From Candidatus Eiseniibacteriota bacterium (GTDB lineage Bacteria; Eisenbacteria; RBG-16-71-46): a DNA stretch of 64,000 nt. The position numbers and the translations under genes were made by a program. The stretch lies in the NCBI GenBank assembly GCA_041483195.1, contig JBGPFC010000019.1, positions 2,853-66,852 of the forward strand, read 5' to 3'. Below are positions 33,999 through 42,470 of this stretch, piece by piece; positions within the stretch are counted from its first letter, which is position 1, and every line of letters begins with the position of its first letter. The notes under the pieces were generated by a model. The model saw only the letters and a list, made by a program, of their open reading frames with translations, was not told the origin of the DNA and ran no database searches.

Positions 33999-35909
33999 AT
34001 GAAGCGCTGGATCGCCGTCGCGCTCGCAGGGGTCGTCGCGCTCGCGCTGGCAACGCAGCTCCCGGGCTGCACAGCTTCGCGTGGCGCCGGTGGCGGAAAC
34101 GCCGCCGAGAAGGTGTACGTGAAACCGGGCGAGCACGACCCGTACTACGCGTTTCTCTCGGGCGGTCACTCCGGGCAGATCTTCGTGTACGGCATCCCCT
34201 CCTGCCGCCACATCACGACCATCCCGGTGTTCACGCCGGAGCCGGCCGTGGGATACGGGGTCGACGAGGAATCGAAGGCGATGCTGAAGGGCATCACCTG
34301 GGGCGACGCGCATCACCCGGGGCTCTCCGAGACCGACGGCGACTACGATGGGCGCTGGCTCTTCATCAACGACATGCCCAACGCCCGCATCGCGCGCATC
34401 GACCTGTCCGACTTCAAGACCCGCGAAATCTACGGGCCGATCCCCAACGTGTCGGCGGCGCACGCCTGCCCGTTTCCCACGCCCAACACCGAGTACGTGT
34501 TCGCGGCGTCGCGCTTCTCGATCCCGATTCCGTACCCGACGGTGAGCAAGATCTCGGACTACGCGAAGAATTTCAAAGGGGTGATCGCGGGCGTGAAGGT
34601 GGACCCGAAGAGCGGGCACATGTCGCTGGGCTTCGAGGTGCTGATGCCGCCTTTCGATTGGGACCTCGCGGACGCCGGAAAGGGCCCGAGCGCCGGGTGG
34701 GAGTTCTTCACCTGCTACAACAGCGAGGAAGCCTACGACTCGCTCGAGATCAAGGCCTCGCAGGCCGAGATGGATTTCATCGCGATGGTGGACTGGCGAG
34801 CCGCTCAGAAGGCGGTGGACGAAGGCAAGGCGAAGACCATCGGCGGCGCGCCCGTGCTCGATCCGAAGGACGTCCCGGGCGTCGTGTACCTGTTCCCGGT
34901 TCCGAAGAGCCCGCACGGCGTCGACGTGGATCCGAGCGGGGAATACATCTGCGGCTCCGGCAAGCTGCAGGCGGAGGTCAGCGTCTACAGCTTCAAGAAG
35001 CTGATGGCCGCGATCGACGCGAAGAAGTTCGACGGCGACCGGGAGGGCATCCCGGTGCTCAAGTACGAGGACGTGCTCGAGGCCAAGGTGCCGGTCGGTC
35101 TCGGCCCGCTCCACACTCAGTTCGACGGCAAGGGCTACGCCTACACGTCGCTGTTCCTCGATTCGCAGATCGCCAAGTGGAAGGTCGGCCCGCCGTGGAA
35201 CGTGGCCGACAAGATCGACGTCTACTACTCGATCGGCCACCTGATGGCGTCCGAGGGTGACACGCGCCATCCGACCGGCGACTACGTCGTGGCGCTCGAC
35301 AAGCTCTCGAAGGACCGCTATCTGTCCGTCGGCCCCACGCATCCCGAGGCCGCGCAGCTGATCGACATCCGCGGCCCGAAGATGGAGCTGCTCTACGACT
35401 TTCCGACCTACCTCGAGCCGCACTACGCGCAGATGATCAAGGCCGAGAAGATCAAGACCTTCACGGTCTACCCGCTCGAGAAGAACGAGAAGCCCTTCGC
35501 GATCAAGCGGGCCGAGGACGCGCGGATCGAGCGCAAGGGCAAGCGGGTGGACGTGATGATGGTGTCGGTGCGCTCGCACTTCACGCCAGACAACATCACG
35601 GTCGCGCAGGGCGACACCGTCTACTTCCACGTCACCAACGTCGAGCAGGACGACGACATCGCACACGGCTTCGGAATCCTGTTCTCGAGCAAGAACATGC
35701 AGATCGAGCCGGGCGAGACCAAGACCATGCGCTGGGTGGCGGAGAAGGCGGGGGTCACCCCGTTCTACTGCTCGAACTTCTGCAGCGCGCTGCACCAGGA
35801 GATGCAGGGCTACATCACCGCGATGCCCGCGGGCACGCCGGTGGCGTCGGTCCAGCGGCCCGACCCGGCGCGGGTGGCCGAGGTCGCGGCGTTGATGCGC
35901 CGCCAGTAG
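33999..35909 (+). CDS. nosZ: nitrous-oxide reductase, clade II (Sec/lipoprotein type)
   Basis: Strong RBS GAAGGAGGAGG before the ATG at 33999 (alternative ATG at 33978). Sec lipoprotein leader ...LATQLPGC, with no twin-arginine. Seven-bladed-propeller-type N-terminal region (DPYYAFLSGGHSGQ, WGDAHHPGLSETDG). C-terminal CuA site CSNFCSALHQEM. Confidence 0.9.
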   Translation: MKRWIAVALAGVVALALATQLPGCTASRGAGGGNAAEKVYVKPGEHDPYYAFLSGGHSGQIFVYGIPSCRHITTIPVFTPEPAVGYGVDEESKAMLKGITWGDAHHPGLSETDGDYDGRWLFINDMPNARIARIDLSDFKTREIYGPIPNVSAAHACPFPTPNTEYVFAASRFSIPIPYPTVSKISDYAKNFKGVIAGVKVDPKSGHMSLGFEVLMPPFDWDLADAGKGPSAGWEFFTCYNSEEAYDSLEIKASQAEMDFIAMVDWRAAQKAVDEGKAKTIGGAPVLDPKDVPGVVYLFPVPKSPHGVDVDPSGEYICGSGKLQAEVSVYSFKKLMAAIDAKKFDGDREGIPVLKYEDVLEAKVPVGLGPLHTQFDGKGYAYTSLFLDSQIAKWKVGPPWNVADKIDVYYSIGHLMASEGDTRHPTGDYVVALDKLSKDRYLSVGPTHPEAAQLIDIRGPKMELLYDFPTYLEPHYAQMIKAEKIKTFTVYPLEKNEKPFAIKRAEDARIERKGKRVDVMMVSVRSHFTPDNITVAQGDTVYFHVTNVEQDDDIAHGFGILFSSKNMQIEPGETKTMRWVAEKAGVTPFYCSNFCSALHQEMQGYITAMPAGTPVASVQRPDPARVAEVAALMRRQ

Positions 35910-35924
35910 TCCTCCGACTATACT

Positions 35925-35953
35925 GGCCGGCCGGGCGCTCCGCCCGGCCGGCC
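35925..35953 (+). terminator. very stable hairpin just after nosZ (13-bp GC stem, 3-nt loop): terminator, attenuator or mRNA 3' stabiliser
   Basis: GGCCGGCCGGGCG-CTC-CGCCCGGCCGGCC starts 16 nt after the nosZ stop. There is no clear U-tract (GTATCGTT). Confidence 0.45.
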
Positions 35954-35975
35954 GTATCGTTCCAGGAGGAACCTC

Positions 35976-36608
35976 GTGCACTACCTCACGGATCCGTTCA
36001 GGCCCGGAGAACGGAGGCTGATCTGGCTCGCGGCCCTCGTGCTGCTCCCGGTCTTCTTCTTCCCGGTGTTGCCGATCTGGATCATGAAGCTGTGGGCCCC
36101 GCAATATCGCGAGGGGCTGACCCTCACCATCCTCGCGAACAACATCCGGGGCGACCTGCAGAGCATCAACACGCTCAATCACTACGTCGGCATGAAGCAC
36201 ATCAGCGCCGACGACTTCAAGGAATTCCACTACCTGCCGCAGGCGCTCTCGCTGTTCGGCGTCCTCGCGGTGCTCGGCGCGTGGCTGAACCGCCGCTGGA
36301 TCGCGATCCTCGGGTGGCTGGTCTTCACCGGCTTCGCGATCTACATGTTCAGCGACTACGCGCGCTGGCTCTACGACTACGGGCACAACCTCGACCCGCG
36401 CGCGCCCATCAAGCTCCCGCTCTTCACGCCTCCGCTCATCGGCCTCAAGCAGATGGCGAACTTCAAGGTGCTGAGCATCCCCGGCCCGGGCACGCTGCTG
36501 CTGGGGGTCGCGTGGCTGCTGGGGCCGCTCGCGATCCTGCTCGAGATCCGCGCGGGCGCTTCCGGGACCGCGCCGGCGGCGGCGCGGCGTGACGCGACGC
36601 GCGACTGA
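35976..36608 (+). CDS. nosB: NosB-like integral membrane protein (clade-II nos cluster accessory)
   Basis: GTG start. About 4-5 TM helices. Its position directly downstream of clade-II nosZ matches published nosB placement. I cannot verify sequence family membership. Confidence 0.5.
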   Translation: MHYLTDPFRPGERRLIWLAALVLLPVFFFPVLPIWIMKLWAPQYREGLTLTILANNIRGDLQSINTLNHYVGMKHISADDFKEFHYLPQALSLFGVLAVLGAWLNRRWIAILGWLVFTGFAIYMFSDYARWLYDYGHNLDPRAPIKLPLFTPPLIGLKQMANFKVLSIPGPGTLLLGVAWLLGPLAILLEIRAGASGTAPAAARRDATRD

Positions 36609-38004
36609 GGTGCGGCCCCCGCGTCCGGCGGCGCTCACGCTGGTGGGAGTCGTTGCCCTCCTCGTTCAGGCCGGGGCGCTCGCGCCCGCGCTCGCCGCGG
36701 TGCGGGTGCCCGCGAGCGCGGGCGCGCTCGGAACGGCGCTGCGCGCGGCGGCGGAAGGCGACACGCTGGTGCTCGCCGCCGGGATCCATCGCGGACCGGC
36801 CCGCATCGATCGCCGGATCGTGCTGCGCGGAGAGCCGGGCGCCGCGCTCGACGGCGGCGGCGAGGCCACCGTGCTCGAGATCGCGGCCCCGGGCACGGCG
36901 GTCGAAGACCTCGAGATCCGCGGCAGCGGACGGCGCGCGCTCACCATCGACAGCGCCATTCACGTGGTGCTCGCGGGGGGCGTCAAGCTGCGGCGCCTGC
37001 GGATTCACGACACCCTCTACGGCATCTACGCGGAGCGCGCGGGATCCCTTGACGTCGAGGACTGCGAGATGGAGGGCCGCGTGCCGCCGCTCGCCGAGGA
37101 CGGCGAGGGCAACGGCATCCATCTCTGGTATTGCGTGGCGCCGGTGCTGCGGCGCAACCACGTCGAGCGCTTCGTCGACGGCATCTACCTCTCGTTCGTG
37201 ACCGACGCCGCGATCGATGGCAACCGGCTCGTCAATGCCGGCCGGTACGGCCTCCACACGATGTACTGCCAGGGCAGCCGCCTCACGCGAAATCTCTTCG
37301 CCCGCAACGTCGCGGGCTGCGCCATCATGTTCTCGAACCATCTCCTGATCGAGCGCAACGACTTCTTCCACAATCGCGGCCCGCGGACGTACGGCGTGCT
37401 GCTCCGCGATTGCTCGGACGGGATCTTTCGCGACAACCGCTTCGTGGAGAACACCGTGGCCGCGTTCATGGACGACTCGAACCGCAACCGGATCACCGGG
37501 AACCTGATCCAGGACAACGGGTGGGGGATCATCATGTTCTCGTCGTGCGCGGGCAACGAGGTCGCCGGCAACAGCTTCATCAACGACGACTACCCGGTCG
37601 CGCTCGACATGCGGCGCACCAGCAACCGCTTCGACGACGGGCGGCGCGGCAATTACTGGAGCGACAACACGCCATACGACCTGAACGCCGACGGCGTGAG
37701 CGACGTCGAGTATTCGCCGGTGAGCAGCTTCGCGTTCCTGTCGAAACAGTTTCCCGATCTGGCCGTGCTCGCGAAGAGCCCGGCCGTGCTCGCGCTCGGC
37801 GTGGCCGAGCGGGTGATTCCCGCGCTGCGCCCGAGCGAGGTCGTCGACCACGCGCCGCTGCTCAGCCCGGTCGCGGCGCCCGGCGCCGGCACGGCACTCG
37901 ATCGCGGCGGCCGCCCGCATCGCGCGGACGGCGCGCTCGCGGCCTTCGCGCTGCTCGCCGCGTTCGGCGCGGCGGGGCTCGCGCGCGGAACGCGCGGCGC
38001 ATGA
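36589..38004 (+). CDS. nosD: NosD, periplasmic right-handed beta-helix copper-centre assembly protein
   Basis: Leader, then GDTLVLAAGIHRGPARIDRRIVLRGEPGA..LDGGGEATVLEI. Repeated beta-helix coils follow (NGIHLWY, DGIYLSF, YGLHTMY, GCAIMFS, YGVLLRD, AAFMDDS, WGIIMFS). The start is uncertain (GTG at 36589 or 36610). Confidence 0.85.
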   Translation: MTRRATEVRPPRPAALTLVGVVALLVQAGALAPALAAVRVPASAGALGTALRAAAEGDTLVLAAGIHRGPARIDRRIVLRGEPGAALDGGGEATVLEIAAPGTAVEDLEIRGSGRRALTIDSAIHVVLAGGVKLRRLRIHDTLYGIYAERAGSLDVEDCEMEGRVPPLAEDGEGNGIHLWYCVAPVLRRNHVERFVDGIYLSFVTDAAIDGNRLVNAGRYGLHTMYCQGSRLTRNLFARNVAGCAIMFSNHLLIERNDFFHNRGPRTYGVLLRDCSDGIFRDNRFVENTVAAFMDDSNRNRITGNLIQDNGWGIIMFSSCAGNEVAGNSFINDDYPVALDMRRTSNRFDDGRRGNYWSDNTPYDLNADGVSDVEYSPVSSFAFLSKQFPDLAVLAKSPAVLALGVAERVIPALRPSEVVDHAPLLSPVAAPGAGTALDRGGRPHRADGALAAFALLAAFGAAGLARGTRGA

Positions 38005-38912
38005 TCCGCGTCGAATCCCTCACCAAGCGCTACGGAGCGATCACGGCCGTCGACGATCTCAGCTTCGAGGTCGAGCCGGGCGAGACCTTCGCGCTGATCG
38101 GCCCCAACGGCGCGGGCAAGACCACGACCCTCAAGATCCTGCTGGGGCTCGCGCGCCCCGACGCGGGCCGGGCCGCGATCGGGCCGGACGCGCTCGCGCC
38201 GACCGATCCGCGCGCGCGCGCCGAGCTGGGCTACGTCCCGCAGCGCGTCGAGTTCCCGCCGGGACGAAGCGTCGCCGAGGTGCTGGGCTTCTTCGCGGAG
38301 CTGCGCGGACTCGCGGGCGATGCGGTGAAGCGTGCGCTCGAGCGGGTGGGCCTCGCGGAGCACGCAGCGCGGCGCGCGAGCGAGCTGTCGGGCGGATACA
38401 CGCAGCGCCTCTCGCTCGCGCAGGCGCTGCTCGGCGATCCCGCGCTGCTGGTGCTCGACGAGCCCACCGCGAGCCTCGATCCCGAAGCCACGTGGGAATT
38501 CCGCTCGCTGCTCGAGCGGCTGCGGCGAGAGGGCAAGACGATCCTGCTCTGCTCGCACCTGCTCGCCGAGGTCGAGCGGGTCGCCGACCGCGTGCTGATC
38601 CTGGTCGCCGGCCGCCGCGCCGCGCTCGAGCGTCTCGCCGAGCTGCGCGCGCGCCAGGCGAGCGCCACGCGCCTCGTCATCGAGATCGCCTCGCCGCTTC
38701 AGCTCGCCGAGACCGCGCTGCGGCATCGCGCGATCGGCTTCGAGGCGCGCGATCCGCGCACGCTGATCGTGGAGGGCGCGGGCGGCCGGGGCCTCGAGGC
38801 GCTCCAGGCGCTGCGCGAATCGGAGGTCGCGGTGCGCTCGTTCGAGGTCGAGCGCCCGACGCTCGAAGAGATCTTCCTCGCGGTCGTGAAGGGTGGGCGC
38901 CATGCGCGCTGA
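38001..38912 (+). CDS. nosF: NosF, ABC transporter ATPase
   Basis: ATGA overlap with nosD. Walker A GPNGAGKTT, signature LSGGYTQRL, Walker B LLVLDEPT. Confidence 0.85.
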   Translation: MIRVESLTKRYGAITAVDDLSFEVEPGETFALIGPNGAGKTTTLKILLGLARPDAGRAAIGPDALAPTDPRARAELGYVPQRVEFPPGRSVAEVLGFFAELRGLAGDAVKRALERVGLAEHAARRASELSGGYTQRLSLAQALLGDPALLVLDEPTASLDPEATWEFRSLLERLRREGKTILLCSHLLAEVERVADRVLILVAGRRAALERLAELRARQASATRLVIEIASPLQLAETALRHRAIGFEARDPRTLIVEGAGGRGLEALQALRESEVAVRSFEVERPTLEEIFLAVVKGGRHAR

Positions 38913-39375
38913 GGGCGCTGCCGCCCGGCGCACGGCCATCGACCCGCGCGTGGCGGCCGGGACGGCGATCGCGATGGCGATCGCGGCCGCGCTCGGCGGC
39001 TGCGCGCGCTCGGGACCGCCCCGGATCCGCCTCGACACGCCGTGCGCGGCGTGCGGCATGAGCATCTCCGACCGCCGCTTCGCGTGCGAGCGCGTGGTGG
39101 CCGGGCGTGCGCGCGCCTACGACTCGATCGAGTGCCTGCTGCGCGAGGCGGCGGAAGGCGCGGGGCCCGGGGCCGGCGCGACGTGGCTCGCCGACTACGA
39201 CCAGGCGGCGCTGCACGCCGCGGACTCGATGTGGGTGGTGTGCGGCGCGTTCCCATCGCCGATGGGCGGCGGCTACGCGGCGTTCCTCGATCGCGCCGCG
39301 GCAGACCACGTCGCCGCCCGGACGCGCGGCCGCGTCGGCCGGTTCGCGGACTCGAGCGCCGGAGCGCGCCCGTGA
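38893..39375 (+). CDS. nosL: NosL copper-chaperone lipoprotein
   Basis: Lipobox AAALGGCARS. Diagnostic CAACGMSISDRRFA motif. Overlaps the nosF 3' end (alternative ATG at 38902). Confidence 0.8.
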   Translation: MGAMRAEGAAARRTAIDPRVAAGTAIAMAIAAALGGCARSGPPRIRLDTPCAACGMSISDRRFACERVVAGRARAYDSIECLLREAAEGAGPGAGATWLADYDQAALHAADSMWVVCGAFPSPMGGGYAAFLDRAAADHVAARTRGRVGRFADSSAGARP

Positions 39376-39782
39376 AGCGCGCGTACCTGGCGCTGGTCGC
39401 GATCACGCTCGCGCTGGCGCTCGCGAGCAGGCTGCCGGCGCGCATGCCGCGCGGGGCCGCCGCGACGCGCGCGGCCGCGCCCGCCGCCCGGACCCTCGCG
39501 CTCGCGCTCGCGATCGAGCACGGCGCGGTCACTCCGGAAGCCGCCAGCGTCCCGCGCGACGCGATCGTGCGGCTCTCGGTCTGGAATCGCGGCGCGAGGC
39601 CGCTGCGGTTCGCGCTCGCGGGCTACGACGACCGCGTGAACGCGGCGATCGCGGCGGGCGAGACGCTGCGTGTCGAGTTCGTCGCCGATCGTCCGGGCGG
39701 GGATTTCGCGTGGCTGGTGGACGCGCAGCCGGCCGGCCGCTTCGCGGTCTCGGGCTCGCACCTGGTGGACGGCCACCGATGA
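39372..39782 (+). CDS. hypothetical exported beta-sandwich (cupredoxin-like?) protein inserted between nosL and nosY
   Basis: GTGA overlap with nosL and ATGA overlap with nosY. Leader VKRAYLALVAITLALALA. LSVWNRGARPLRFALAGYDD...TLRVEFVADRPGDFAW resembles the small protein at 3371-3718 in style. No family assigned. Confidence 0.5.
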   Translation: MKRAYLALVAITLALALASRLPARMPRGAAATRAAAPAARTLALALAIEHGAVTPEAASVPRDAIVRLSVWNRGARPLRFALAGYDDRVNAAIAAGETLRVEFVADRPGGDFAWLVDAQPAGRFAVSGSHLVDGHR

Positions 39783-40624
39783 GCGCGCCGCTCGCGACCA
39801 AGCTGCGCCGCATGCGCGTGGTCGCGCGCGAGGAATTCCGGCGCGCGCTCGAGACCCGCTGGCTGTTCGGCTTCACAGCGCTGTTCGCGCTGCTGGTGCT
39901 CGGGCTCTCGTACTTCGGCCTCGCGCAGAGCCGCGAGGTGGGGTTCCAGGGGTTCGCGCGCGTGACCCTGAGCCTCATGAACCTGGTGCTGCTGATCGTC
40001 CCGCTCACCGGGCTGCTGCTCGGCGTCACCAGCATCGCGGGGAGCGGCGAGTCGCTGCCGCTGCTGCTCGCCCAGCCGGTCACGCGCGGCGAGGTGCTGC
40101 TCGGAAAATTCCTGGGGCTGGGCGCCGCGCTCTCGGCGGCGCAGGCGCTCGGCTTCGGCGGCGGCGGCGTGGTGGTCGCGCTCAACGCGGGCGCCGGCCA
40201 GGTGCCGGGCTACCTCGCGCTCACCGCGCTCTCGCTGGGGCTGGGCTGGCTCACCCTCGCGGCCGCGCTCTGCATCGGCGCGCTGTGGCCCGATCGGCTG
40301 CGCGCGATGAGCGTCGCGCTGCTGCTGTGGCTGCTGATGGTGATCGCGTACGACCTCGCGGTGCTGGGCGCGACCACGATGCTGCGCGGGCTTCCGCTCG
40401 AGAGCGTGCTGTTCCCCGCGCTCCTGCTCAACCCGGTGGACCTCGCGCGCGTGCTCACAACGCTCGCGGTGGGATCGGGGGCGCTGTTCGGTCCCACCTC
40501 GGCGGTGCTCGTGAAGTTCTTCGGCGCCTCGCTCGGCATCGCGCTCGGCGTGGCGGTGCTGGTGATCGAGACGCTGGTGCCGCTCGCGATCGCGGCGCGC
40601 GTCTTCCGTCGGCGGGACTGGTGA
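39779..40624 (+). CDS. nosY: NosY, ABC-2 type permease
   Basis: Six predicted TM helices, 281 aa, translationally coupled inside the nos cluster. ABC-2 permease-like N-terminus EFRRALETRWLFGFTALFALLVL. Confidence 0.75.
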   Translation: MSAPLATKLRRMRVVAREEFRRALETRWLFGFTALFALLVLGLSYFGLAQSREVGFQGFARVTLSLMNLVLLIVPLTGLLLGVTSIAGSGESLPLLLAQPVTRGEVLLGKFLGLGAALSAAQALGFGGGGVVVALNAGAGQVPGYLALTALSLGLGWLTLAAALCIGALWPDRLRAMSVALLLWLLMVIAYDLAVLGATTMLRGLPLESVLFPALLLNPVDLARVLTTLAVGSGALFGPTSAVLVKFFGASLGIALGVAVLVIETLVPLAIAARVFRRRDW

Positions 40625-41787
40625 AGACGCCGGAGCCCTACCGGGTGCTGTTCCCGCTGGGATTCGCGTACGCCCTGATCGGCGCGGGACTGTGGCCGCT
40701 GCACGCGCTCGGGTGGGTGCCCTATCCGGGCCCGCTCCATCGCGCGCTCATGATGCAGGGCTTCGAGACCAGCTTCGTGCTCGGCTTCCTGCTGACCGCG
40801 CTCCCCGGTTTCACGCACGGCGCGCGTTGCCACCCGCTCGAGCTCGCGATCGCGGCGCTCGCCTCCACGGTGTTCGGCGCGGCGGCGCTCGCCGGGCAGG
40901 CGGTGGTGGCGCAGGCCGCGTTCGTGGCCGCGGCGCTGATGCTCGCGGTCGCGGCCGCGCGCCGGCTCGGCCCCGCGTCGCTCGCGCCGCCGCAGGAATT
41001 CATGTTCGTGCTGTTCGGCCTCGCGCTCGGGCTCGCGGGCGGGCTCATCCAGCTGGGCGAGGCCCTGGGGATCGCGCAAACCGTGACGCCCCGGCTCGGC
41101 GAGCGGCTGATCTCGCTCGGCATGGTGCTCTCGCTGGTGCTGGGGGTGGGCGGCCTGCTGGTGCCGGTGTTCGCGGGAATGCGCGATCCGCTCATGATTC
41201 CGGGGATCGCGAAGCCGCACGAGCGCGCGGGGCGGCGCCCGTTCTACTTCGCGCTGATGGCGGCGTTCGCGCTCGCCTTCGCGGCCGAATCATTCGGGCA
41301 TCCGGGCTGGGGCGGCACGCTGCGCGCGGCGGCGGCGAGCGCCCTGCTGCTGCTGGTGTGGAAGATCACGTGCCGCCCGGGCCGGCGCGACGTCCCCGCC
41401 TGGTCGCTGTGGACGGCGGGCTGGATGGTGTTCGCGGGACTGTGGCTCGCGGTGCTGCTTCCGCTCCACGCGACCGCGGCGCTCCACCTCGCGTTCATCG
41501 GCGGCTTCGGATTGCTCACGTTCGGCATCGCCACGCGCGTGGTGATCGCGCACGGGAAGCACCCGCTCGATGACGAACGCCGCACGCTGACGCCGTGGGT
41601 GGTGGGCGTGCTCGCGATCGCGCTCCTCGCGCGGCTCGCGGCCGAGCTCGTGCCCGCGCGTCCGCTCCACGCGCTCGGATTGAGCGGCGCGGCGTGGGTG
41701 GCCGCGTGGCTCCTGTGGGGCGCGCGCGCGATGCCGCGGCTCGCGAAGACCGCGCCCGCCCGCACCACGCTTCCCCCGCGCGTCTGA
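40621..41787 (+). CDS. nnrS: NnrS-family heme/copper membrane protein (NO-stress associated)
   Basis: GTGA overlap with nosY. About 12 TM helices, 388 aa. N-terminus PYRVLFPLGFAYALIGAGLWPLHALGW and conserved His positions resemble NnrS. Confidence 0.65.
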   Translation: MKTPEPYRVLFPLGFAYALIGAGLWPLHALGWVPYPGPLHRALMMQGFETSFVLGFLLTALPGFTHGARCHPLELAIAALASTVFGAAALAGQAVVAQAAFVAAALMLAVAAARRLGPASLAPPQEFMFVLFGLALGLAGGLIQLGEALGIAQTVTPRLGERLISLGMVLSLVLGVGGLLVPVFAGMRDPLMIPGIAKPHERAGRRPFYFALMAAFALAFAAESFGHPGWGGTLRAAAASALLLLVWKITCRPGRRDVPAWSLWTAGWMVFAGLWLAVLLPLHATAALHLAFIGGFGLLTFGIATRVVIAHGKHPLDDERRTLTPWVVGVLAIALLARLAAELVPARPLHALGLSGAAWVAAWLLWGARAMPRLAKTAPARTTLPPRV

Positions 41788-41971
41788 CAGAACGGCAGCG
41801 GCCCTGTCAGTCTGTCGGGGCGGCATCGCCAAACCTCCGCGCCGCGAGTGCCGCGATCGCCGAGAACGCCGCGCGCGCCCTGAACTTCCCGCGCGATTTC
41901 CTCCCGCCCCGCGCTGGCGCGCCGATTGCGTTGCATCGCTCAACCGGCCGCGAGCGAGCGAGGAGGTTGCC

Positions 41972-42436
41972 ATGCTGATCGTGCTGGGAGTCGACGAGTC
42001 GCCTCATTCGGAGGCGGCGGTGGAGTGGGTGAAGAACATGACGTGGCCGAAGGGCACGCGGGTTCGCGTCGTGTCGTCGGTGCGCCCGCTGATCGCGGCG
42101 TACAGCGAGGTGTACGTGCCCGGTCCCGGGATCTCCGAGGAGCAGACGCGCCAGGAGCTCGAGTACCACGAGGGCCTGGCGGCGCGGGTCGAGGACCGGC
42201 TGCGCAAGGCCGGCTTCACGACCGAGGCGAGCGTGATCGCGGGCGATCCGCGTGAGGTGCTGATCGCGACCGCGAGGGAGGCGAAGGCGGATCTGATCGT
42301 GGTCGGATCGCACGGGCGTTCCGGCCTCAAGAAGCTGCTGCTCGGCAGCGTCGCGTCCCACGTGGTCACGCACGCGCCGTGCAGCGTGATGGTGGTGAAG
42401 CTGCCGGCGGACGCCGCGAGCGGACGCGCGGCGTAG
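41972..42436 (+). CDS. uspA: universal stress protein (UspA family)
   Basis: MLIVLGVDESPHSEAAVEWV... and the ATP-binding motif VVGSHGRSGLKKLLLGSVASHVVTHAPCSVMVV. Confidence 0.85.
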   Translation: MLIVLGVDESPHSEAAVEWVKNMTWPKGTRVRVVSSVRPLIAAYSEVYVPGPGISEEQTRQELEYHEGLAARVEDRLRKAGFTTEASVIAGDPREVLIATAREAKADLIVVGSHGRSGLKKLLLGSVASHVVTHAPCSVMVVKLPADAASGRAA

Positions 42437-42470
42437 ACACGCGCGCGAATCCCATGGCCCCGGAGAGGCG

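Noticed and set aside
33957-36638. 893-aa minus-strand ORF antisense to nosZ/nosB; similar long antisense or alternative-frame ORFs at 42366-44600, 42620-44677, 44715-46904, 48053-50530 and 58252-61773
   Set aside because: All lie opposite or out of frame to genes with diagnostic motifs (CuA site, heme-copper core, CcoG ferredoxin, P-type ATPase, RNR). Their translations are Arg/Asp/His-rich repeats typical of GC-rich non-coding frames.
41788-42470. FNR/FixK box (TTGAT-N4-ATCAA) expected upstream of uspA-ccoNO
   Set aside because: The best candidate, TTGCGTTGCATCGC (around nt 41925-41938), keeps only TTG and ATC of the half-sites and lacks the critical CAA.
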